Positions 57,151-64,000 of a stretch of DNA of 64,000 bases are shown piece by piece; within the stretch, counting starts at the first letter, position 1; each line of letters begins with the position of its first letter. The stretch is from an uncultured Pseudomonadales bacterium (GTDB lineage: Bacteria; Patescibacteriota; Microgenomatia; UBA1400; UBA1449): positions 69,880-133,879 of the forward strand of contig CAYLQQ010000003.1 in the NCBI GenBank assembly GCA_964386355.1, read 5' to 3'. The translations under genes were made by a program, and so were the position numbers. Under the pieces are notes generated by a model. The model was given only the letters and a program-made list of their open reading frames with translations. It did not search any database and had not been told where the DNA came from.

Positions 57151-57906
57151 ATGAAACTTGTCATGGCTATTGCGTACGTTATGATGATAGTAGTCAACGC
57201 TTTGGCTAACATTTTGCCGATCAATGGGTTTACTACCGGTGAGGTATCTGACTTGTACCCAAACCTCTTTGCCCCTGCTGGGATCACTTTTTCAATTTGG
57301 GGACTGATCTACCTGCTTCTGGGGGTATATGTGGTGAGCCAGTTTTTAGGCAAAAATAGCCAAGATACAGAGGCGACACGTAAGGTGAACCTATACTTTA
57401 CAATCTCATCAATTATAAACAGTTTCTGGATTCTAGCCTGGCATTACCGGTGGATTGGTTTGACTGTAGTTTTAATGTTGGCTCTGCTTTATTGCTTGAT
57501 TAAAATTGCTGATCTTTCTCACGATATGTCTTTGAATGTATCCGAAAAACTGCTGATCAAAATTCCCTTCGGCGTCTATTTTGGCTGGATCACAGTGGCT
57601 ACCATTGCCAACATCACTGCCTTTTTGGTCAGTATCGGTTGGAAAGATTTCATTTTTCCTGATTATATATGGATGATCATCGTGCTTTTTGTCTGGGTTG
57701 GGATTTCGATCTGGAGGACATGGAAGGATAAAAATCTCGCTTACGGTCTGGTTCCCGTCTGGGCGTACCTGGGGATTTATCTAAAACATACATCTCTGTC
57801 AGGATTTAATGGGCAATATCCACATGTGATCACAGCTGTGATCATTTGCCTGATCATTTTATTAGCTTCAAATGCCTATATGGTCTTTAAAAAGAGGTAT
57901 TTTTAA
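57151..57906 (+). CDS. Tryptophan-rich sensory protein (TspO-like) membrane protein
   Basis: FAPAGITFSIWGLIY, FGVYFGWITVATIAN. Confidence 0.78.
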   Translation: MKLVMAIAYVMMIVVNALANILPINGFTTGEVSDLYPNLFAPAGITFSIWGLIYLLLGVYVVSQFLGKNSQDTEATRKVNLYFTISSIINSFWILAWHYRWIGLTVVLMLALLYCLIKIADLSHDMSLNVSEKLLIKIPFGVYFGWITVATIANITAFLVSIGWKDFIFPDYIWMIIVLFVWVGISIWRTWKDKNLAYGLVPVWAYLGIYLKHTSLSGFNGQYPHVITAVIICLIILLASNAYMVFKKRYF

Positions 57907-58065
57907 TCTTTTAAACACATGTTTCGATTATCATGAAGTCATCTTTATTTGTGTAAGATCAGTTTATTGAGATGATGGTAAAAAATACAACTTACAAAAA
58001 CTAAAATATGACAAATGATATACAACCTTGAAAAGATGTAAGTATTTTGGGACTATGAATTATAG

Positions 58066-58894
58066 ATGAGTCATGAACGCCACCCATGTAAAGATGCCAT
58101 TTATTTTTCCCTCTCAGAGACCAGATCTTTAAACTGTTTTTTAGAAGCATATAAAAATCACCTTCAAGGTCCTGTTTATATTCAAAACCATACGGGTGAT
58201 GTTAAGTGTCAATCTCCGAAAAAAAATGTGCGAGGCAAGAGCTATAAACCTGCAATCTTACTTTCTTAATCCTTATGCCGACATACATACATACGAATGG
58301 GGCAGGACTATCTGGGCTGAGATCTTTGTTGTTGATCTGCTTAGGAAAGTATATGGAGGTAAGCTAATAGAGAGAGGGTTTCAGGTCATGTTAGCTCAGG
58401 ATACCTTGGACCATTCTTCAAATACTGATCCGATCCAAAAAGGAGCAGATATTATTATTGTTGATACTAAGAACTACTCAAAAACAGCAATAGGAACAGG
58501 AGTGTGTGGTATTGATGTCACAACAGGAGGTAAAAGTATGGTCCGGTGGAAACTACGTGGCAGACCTTCGTTTCAAGCTCAAACAGCCATTCCAGTTTTA
58601 GTCCTGCCAACCAGCAGATTGCTTGCATACTGTGGAGATGATGGGATGAAAGTACTGCATCATATTGATGATTCCAGAAATGTAGTTACAGGTACAGGAG
58701 CAACATCAGTTATGGATGGAATGAATGGGGATACATTTACCGAATGGCAACAGGGAACTAGCTATGCTTTACAGGAAGCTGTGGGTCATTGTTATACAAA
58801 CTTGCAAAAAAATTGGCAAGCTTCTTTAAATGCGTTTGTGTATGGTGATCATGTAATGCGTATGCTTAAAATCACTCAGTCTTTATTTCAGTAA
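58066..58894 (+). pseudogene. Hypothetical gene probably split by a frameshift in an A8 run
   Basis: ORFs 58066-58269 and 58196-58894 overlap across the A8 at 58219-58226; losing one A joins them. Confidence 0.45.
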
Positions 58895-58900
58895 TTTCAT

Positions 58901-59548
58901 TCATCTACAGACTATTCGATCCTTACATGAAGCCGACCCTAACCACGTGTGCGGGTTGCCTTCCCAGCACCAGCCAAGGTTGGGTTGTTTTGCGGAGTTA
59001 ATCCAGATAGCAGGAACACATTTATTATCGGATTTTCGTGAGGCAAGCAGGGAAAAACAGTTGTTTTTGATCAAAAACTCGGGGTAGTGGGTTAGGATAG
59101 CTATTCCCTCATCAATAGATAAGGGAGAGCGGTCTTGTTTTATGATAAATTCAAATGCATCCTTGGGTGCCATATTTAATGTCTCTTCACCTCTGTCTAT
59201 ATCAACTAAAAGGTAGGCTTCACTCTTTGGAGGTTTGATCTTCTCAATATTTGAAAAGTCGGACGATTGGTGGGGGAAAAGTTTGGTGATACCTCTTTTT
59301 CCGTTTTTCTCAACCTTTGACATCATAGTTTCTGAGGGGATTAGATTACTGTTAATCACAATAACAAAGGGTAAGTAGCCTTGTTCTATATCAGGAGCTT
59401 TAAGGTTAAAGGGATTAACTTTTTCTTTCAAAAGTGATATTTGTGACACAAACTGGGATTCACTCATGCCAGCTAAACTCGGGTAGCCTTTGCTGACGAG
59501 ACTAATTATTTGTTTTTGGAATTCGGATTCTGGATCAAAGTCAACCAT
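58901..59548 (-). CDS. DUF5701-like protein
   Basis: RSPLSIDEGIA, NNCFSLLASR, PNLGWCWEGNPHTWLGSASC. Confidence 0.75.
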   Translation of the reverse strand: MVDFDPESEFQKQIISLVSKGYPSLAGMSESQFVSQISLLKEKVNPFNLKAPDIEQGYLPFVIVINSNLIPSETMMSKVEKNGKRGITKLFPHQSSDFSNIEKIKPPKSEAYLLVDIDRGEETLNMAPKDAFEFIIKQDRSPLSIDEGIAILTHYPEFLIKNNCFSLLASRKSDNKCVPAIWINSAKQPNLGWCWEGNPHTWLGSASCKDRIVCR

Positions 59549-59659
59549 TCTATGATTTTAGCACTTAGTCATTTTAGTGGTAATAGAATATTTTATTTTG
59601 TAAGATAATAAATCGTAAAACTATCGAAAGAAGGTGGTTTATACTGTTAAAATAAGTGT

Positions 59660-60541
59660 ATGAAACTGAAGGCATACCTTGATCTGCTTCGCGCCCACTT
59701 TATTCCTGCCTGGATTCTCATCTTTACCGCAGGGTATATGACGGCTGTACACTTGTTTGACGGGTTTGATCCAATCACACTAATTAAAGTCATTTTAATA
59801 GCTGTGTTTGGATTTGAGGCTGGGATGGTCTTAAACGATTACGTTGATAGAGACCTAGACAGGAGAGATATTGACAGTTCACTTACCAGATACTTCCGCC
59901 CGTTTAAAACACGACCTCTAGCCAGTGGCGAGCTCAAGCCGGAAATTGCCCTTTATACGTTTATAGTCTTTGCTGCCATCGCATCGGGAATTATTCTCAT
60001 GCTTCCATCTCCCCACCGCTGGTACGTTATGGTCATCATGGTCTACTCGTATGTGGTTGAGTACTTTTATCAGGTTAAAAAACGTAGGCAGTCTTTTCCT
60101 TGGGCACAGCTTATCGGTAGGACTGACTTCTCACTCTTTCCGGTTGCCGGCTACCTGGTTCTTGCCAAGCCTGACCTGAATGTACTTATGTACTTTCTCT
60201 ACTTTTATCCGCTAGCTCAAGCTCACCTAGCGGTCAATGATCTGGCCGATCTGGAAAACGATAAAGTACGCAAGCTTCAGTCTGTACCAATCTTATGGGG
60301 AGTAAAGGGGACTGTGTGGTGGATTATCCTGTTTATCTTAGCACATATTATTACGGCAAGTACATTTGTATTACAAGTAAATCCAGCAGCTTTACCAGGT
60401 TTTATCATTAGTTTTATCATTTTGCTATTTGCTGCTGCTTCAATATATCGCAAATCAATTCCATTAGTGTCCCTAAAGGTGCTTCCGTTGGTACATCTGT
60501 GTATGGCAATCCAAGCGATTGCACTTATATTCTTAAAATAA
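59660..60541 (+). CDS. UbiA family prenyltransferase
   Basis: NDYVDRDLD, RPLASG, NDLADLEND; multiple TMs. Confidence 0.88.
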   Translation: MKLKAYLDLLRAHFIPAWILIFTAGYMTAVHLFDGFDPITLIKVILIAVFGFEAGMVLNDYVDRDLDRRDIDSSLTRYFRPFKTRPLASGELKPEIALYTFIVFAAIASGIILMLPSPHRWYVMVIMVYSYVVEYFYQVKKRRQSFPWAQLIGRTDFSLFPVAGYLVLAKPDLNVLMYFLYFYPLAQAHLAVNDLADLENDKVRKLQSVPILWGVKGTVWWIILFILAHIITASTFVLQVNPAALPGFIISFIILLFAAASIYRKSIPLVSLKVLPLVHLCMAIQAIALIFLK

Positions 60542-60563
60542 TACGTTAATCTCTTATAGATTT

Positions 60564-60905
60564 ATGCAAACCATTGATGAGTATATTAAACAGTTTTTTC
60601 CATCCCTACGAACACAGCTTGAGTTATTGCGAAAAACTATTCTGGAGGTAGCACCTCAAGCCACTGAAGCTATCAAGTATGGGATGCCTACGTTTGTACT
60701 AAGGGATAATTTAGTCCACTTCGCAGCATATAAAAGCCATATCGGGTTGTATCCGGCACCATCTGCAATTGAGGCATTTAATGAAGAACTGAAACCATAT
60801 AAAACCTCAAAAGGTGCCATCCAGTTTCCTATAAACCAACCTTTACCGTTAGATATCATCCGCAGGATAGTTGAGTTTCGGGTCAGGGAACAGCTTGGCA
60901 AGTAA
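60564..60905 (+). CDS. DUF1801/YdhG-like protein
   Basis: IDEYI, EAIKYGMPTF, FAAYKSHIGLYP, SKGAIQFP. Confidence 0.88.
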   Translation: MQTIDEYIKQFFPSLRTQLELLRKTILEVAPQATEAIKYGMPTFVLRDNLVHFAAYKSHIGLYPAPSAIEAFNEELKPYKTSKGAIQFPINQPLPLDIIRRIVEFRVREQLGK

Positions 60906-60949
60906 TATTGATTGTAAATAATAATCATTGGGAGTAGTACCATATAGCC

Positions 60950-61573
60950 ATGACTATCAAGCAACTCTACCGAGAGTACCAAATACCTAAAAACCTTCAG
61001 GAGCATATGCTGCGGGTGGCAGCTCTGGCTCAGATCATTTGTGAAAATTGGAACGAGGATATTGATAGTGATGCGGTCGTTAAAGCCTGTTGTCTGCATG
61101 ATATAGCCAAGCCAATGACGTTTGATATAGGGAAGCAAGCTCAATTCGGGATGGCAACAGAGGATATTGCTAAACTCAATAAACTTCAGAAACGACTGAA
61201 AAAGGGATATGGAGATGATGAGTATAAAGCTACGTTCGGGATTTGCAAGGAAGTTGGGTGTAATGCTTCAACACTAAATATTATAAGAAGATTGGAATGG
61301 GATTATACACCCCAATTACTTCACGAAAATTATAGGGAAGGGCTAATTTTCATTTACTGTGATATGCGGATCGGGCCTGATGGCATTTTACCTGTACAGG
61401 AACGAATACATGAGTGCCATGCCCGTACTCAAAGTTATTTGCTCGATACCTATCTTCACTATAGCAGTTTAGTCGAGCCAGAAATTGTAAAGCAAGTTCG
61501 AGTGGATGTACTTTCCATAACTGATCAGGACTTGTATGACAGGTTTGGTATGCTTTTAGATACAAAGATTTAA
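60950..61573 (+). CDS. HD-domain protein
   Basis: EHMLRVA, LHDIAK, YCDMR. Confidence 0.8.
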   Translation: MTIKQLYREYQIPKNLQEHMLRVAALAQIICENWNEDIDSDAVVKACCLHDIAKPMTFDIGKQAQFGMATEDIAKLNKLQKRLKKGYGDDEYKATFGICKEVGCNASTLNIIRRLEWDYTPQLLHENYREGLIFIYCDMRIGPDGILPVQERIHECHARTQSYLLDTYLHYSSLVEPEIVKQVRVDVLSITDQDLYDRFGMLLDTKI

Positions 61574-61612
61574 CCAATATTCTCCCCATTTTCGAGTACT
61601 CAGAACTGATGT

Positions 61613-61670
61613 TACTATAAAATGTATAAAATACTTTACAAAAAGAATAAAATGTTATACATTTATAGTA
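61613..61670 (+). promoter_or_regulatory. Long inverted repeat over the promoter of the DUF2178-XRE operon (putative operator)
   Basis: TACTATAAAATGTATAA ... TTATACATTTATAGTA, ending 1 bp before the ATG. Confidence 0.55.
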
Positions 61671-61671
61671 T

Positions 61672-62067
61672 ATGAACATCAAACAGTACAAACAAGTCAG
61701 GGTAGTGGTTGCTCTTTTTATCTCATTCATTGTTGCATCTGCGCTCACCCGTGATAGTAACCTTTTGGCAATTATTGCGGTTTTTACTGGCATGCTGTTT
61801 ATGACGGTTGCCCGTAAACGTACCAAGATCATGGTTGATGAGCGAGAGAAGACAATCAGGGAGAAAGCAGCCCAGATGACATATGCTATCTTTACTCCTA
61901 CGATTGGCCTGGGTTCATTCTTTCTGTTTATTTTAAGCTCCCGCAATCCGTACCCCTTCCTATTCTCACTGGGTCAGGTTTTGGCATATTTAACATTATT
62001 TATCCTAGCTCTGTACTCGATTTTGTATCATTTCCTAAACCGGAAGTATGGAGGTTCGGATGAATAA
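61672..62067 (+). CDS. DUF2178-like membrane protein
   Basis: DERE..IREKAA motif between TM pairs; overlaps the XRE gene. Confidence 0.75.
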   Translation: MNIKQYKQVRVVVALFISFIVASALTRDSNLLAIIAVFTGMLFMTVARKRTKIMVDEREKTIREKAAQMTYAIFTPTIGLGSFFLFILSSRNPYPFLFSLGQVLAYLTLFILALYSILYHFLNRKYGGSDE

Positions 62068-62269
62068 TAAGATCAAGGTCTTGCGGGCAATACACGACCT
62101 AACTCAGGAGCAACTGGCAGAGAAACTGGGAGTGAGCCGGCAGACGGTTTTAGCAATTGAAGCTAATAAATACCTGCCTTCACTGGGGTTGGCATTTAAG
62201 ATCGCCAGGCTCTTTGCGGTCCCTATCGAAGATATATTTATATATGAGGAGGCGTATGAAGATCAGTAA
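62060..62269 (+). CDS. XRE-family HTH transcriptional regulator
   Basis: LTQEQLAEKLGVSRQTVLAIE...PSLGLAFKIARLF...IEDIF. Confidence 0.92.
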   Translation: MNNKIKVLRAIHDLTQEQLAEKLGVSRQTVLAIEANKYLPSLGLAFKIARLFAVPIEDIFIYEEAYEDQ

Positions 62270-62672
62270 ACTCAAACAGTTTCTTATGTATGCATTTGCG
62301 CTTGGGGCAAGCAGCGCTTTATTCTTGTTTATTATTAGTTGTGTCTGGATAGAATTTGAAGTGAAACAGCAGTGCTTTACTGCCAAACAGGAATATAAAG
62401 GGGATTGTGTAGAAGCACTTACTGCAGTCTTGAGGGATGAAAGTAAACCTTACGGGCAGCGAAACTCTGCCATTTGGGCTTTGGGGCAGCTGGGGGATAG
62501 CCGGGCGCTTCCAGTTATGGAAACGTATTACACAGGTAATATACCGGCTCGTGAACCTTGGGATGGAGTGATGAGCCAGTATGAACTGAAAAAAGCGATC
62601 AACTTAGCAAGGGGCGGGACGAACATCGGGGCGTGGGTGTGGAGATATGATATTGATGACAAATTACCTTAA
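62256..62672 (+). CDS. HEAT-repeat-containing membrane-anchored protein
   Basis: RNSAIWALGQLGDSRALP; GGAGG RBS. Confidence 0.75.
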   Translation: MKISKLKQFLMYAFALGASSALFLFIISCVWIEFEVKQQCFTAKQEYKGDCVEALTAVLRDESKPYGQRNSAIWALGQLGDSRALPVMETYYTGNIPAREPWDGVMSQYELKKAINLARGGTNIGAWVWRYDIDDKLP

Positions 62673-63115
62673 TACTTTTTCAGCAAGCTTTCCATAACTG
62701 CAATTTCTTTCTGTTGAGACTCAATTATTTGGGTGCATAGCTGTTGGATCTGGGGATCAGTCAGGTCTGACCGTTCACACATGAGGATGGCGCCTGAGTG
62801 GTGAGGGATCATGGAAACAAGAAACTGCTTATCACTTATCAAAGTTTGATTACGGATAAACAGAAAAAAGACGACAAAAAGGATTAAACTTCCCCAAAAA
62901 ATCAGCTTCTTGCCCATGGTGTTTTTATACATAGACCCCATGAGGAGTATTTCTAAAGCCAGCATTGGTGCGGTCATGATGGCAGCCATATATGCCTGAT
63001 TGAGACTAGGAAGTACACTTGACCAGCTATTCACCATAGAGAACATCAGCATATACATGATCAGAAAATGGAACAAACCCATAGCCAGTAGGCGGTTAAG
63101 GCTCATAGTGTGCAT
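62669..63115 (-). CDS. DUF305 (CopM-like) domain membrane protein
   Basis: FLVSMIPHHSGAILM...IIESQQKEI. Confidence 0.85.
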   Translation of the reverse strand: MHTMSLNRLLAMGLFHFLIMYMLMFSMVNSWSSVLPSLNQAYMAAIMTAPMLALEILLMGSMYKNTMGKKLIFWGSLILFVVFFLFIRNQTLISDKQFLVSMIPHHSGAILMCERSDLTDPQIQQLCTQIIESQQKEIAVMESLLKKY

Positions 63116-63180
63116 ACAGCTAGGATATAGTTCTTTGGTAATAAATCCTGAAGGTGCAAGCAAGCAAGAAGCAAGAGTAT

Positions 63181-63206
63181 AAAAACCCCCGGCCAGGAGC
63201 CGGGGG
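63181..63206 (-). terminator. Rho-independent terminator
   Basis: CCCCCGGC-5 nt loop-GCCGGGGG followed by a T-run on the minus strand. Confidence 0.75.
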
Positions 63207-63231
63207 TAATAAGAAACATGTGTGGTCTAGA

Positions 63232-64000
63232 CTACTCTTCCGGTGTAGGTTCAGGCTCAGTAGTCGGAGAAACCTGAGGGGAAGCCGAAGCCGTTGGCCT
63301 TGCAGTTGGCGAGACCTTGACAGTCGGACTGGCAGAGGGCTTTGCTGATGCAGTTGCTGAACTAGAAGGCTTAGGTAGGGCACTGGCAGAAGCGCTGGGA
63401 ACTGCAATCGGGTTTTTGGTTAGTATCCCAGTAGCTTTGCCAGGAATAATGTGTATCCTAAAAGCCAAAAGACCTAGCTCATTCTGGGTACCAGCAGCGG
63501 CTACCCGCATGCCAACTGCCAATTGGGCAGAACCGCTAGCTTCACCGCCCTTGCCAGACACAAGCGTATTGGCGTTATAGTAGACAGTAAAGGTTCTGTC
63601 TCTTTGGATCTGGTGAACTAAGGTAATCGTGTCTTCACTGACTGCAGTGATAATGCCTGAAACAGCGTTTCGTTTGAGAACTGCACTGCCGCTTGCCTGG
63701 TAGGCATAGGTTTTAGTAATTTTAAGTTTTTTTGCAGCTGCACTCCCCGTACTTTCTGATGAGGAGAGTTGTAATAGTTTAGCAGCACCGACCTTTTCTG
63801 ATTTTTGTACTGTCTTTTTGGCTGTTACAAAGGTTTTAACTTCTTTTTCCAGAGTTGCTTTGGATTTGGGAGTAGGACTGGCTTCTGCTTTTTTAGCTAC
63901 TGCAGCTTTGGTCGCTTTGGGTTCCTGAGTAGGTTTGCCTGTAACTTTTTCAGCTTGTTGGGCGTTAACTTCAGCGACTTTGGGATTTTTATTTGTTTTA
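63232..64000 (-). CDS. 3' part of a low-complexity exported protein with a DUF5666-like OB-type domain; 5'-truncated by the window
   Basis: The frame is open from the window end; AVSGIITAVSEDTITL...LAVGMRVAAAG...AFRIHI; Ser/Pro/Thr tail. Confidence 0.65.
   Translation of the reverse strand, partial: KTNKNPKVAEVNAQQAEKVTGKPTQEPKATKAAVAKKAEASPTPKSKATLEKEVKTFVTAKKTVQKSEKVGAAKLLQLSSSESTGSAAAKKLKITKTYAYQASGSAVLKRNAVSGIITAVSEDTITLVHQIQRDRTFTVYYNANTLVSGKGGEASGSAQLAVGMRVAAAGTQNELGLLAFRIHIIPGKATGILTKNPIAVPSASASALPKPSSSATASAKPSASPTVKVSPTARPTASASPQVSPTTEPEPTPEE

Noticed and set aside
1-64000. Alternative genetic code (TGA = Gly/Trp) as in some CPR lineages
   Set aside because: Conserved genes are full length under code 11, and several (rnpA, dnaG) end in TGA at the expected place.

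Overview
Bacterial chromosome segment that most resembles a Patescibacteria/CPR (Microgenomates-like) genome. The taxonomy is inferred from gene content and leaderless-style starts, and the genetic code is standard. The window spans the replication origin (dnaN-oriC-dnaA / rpmH-rnpA-yidC-jag) next to a VirB4-like cluster. It continues through housekeeping and envelope genes, smpB and tmRNA, six tRNA genes (Ser x3, Arg x2, and an Asn split by a group I intron), dnaG-rpoD and many small accessory genes. Main highlights: (1) A family of ~113-121 bp units sits upstream of four tRNA genes. Each duplicates the first 12 nt of the tRNA and carries a two-hairpin (three-way-junction-like) insert at tRNA position 12/13, and two such units are stacked in tandem at tRNA-Ser(TGA). 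Related hairpin-interrupted copies of tRNA 3' parts and a GIY-YIG-linked hairpin pair also occur. (2) A 4.5 kb element (rolling-circle Rep plus large serine recombinase) is integrated in tRNA-Ser(GGA). Its att core lies inside the integrase gene, so excision would swap the integrase C-terminus. (3) The ORF-less group I intron in the tRNA-Asn anticodon lies next to a free-standing LAGLIDADG-like gene. (4) The tmRNA has a predicted 38-codon tag. (5) An AEP-helicase and a pyroglutamyl-peptidase-like gene form an adjacent pair. All calls come from reading the sequence by eye; no searches or folding programs were run.
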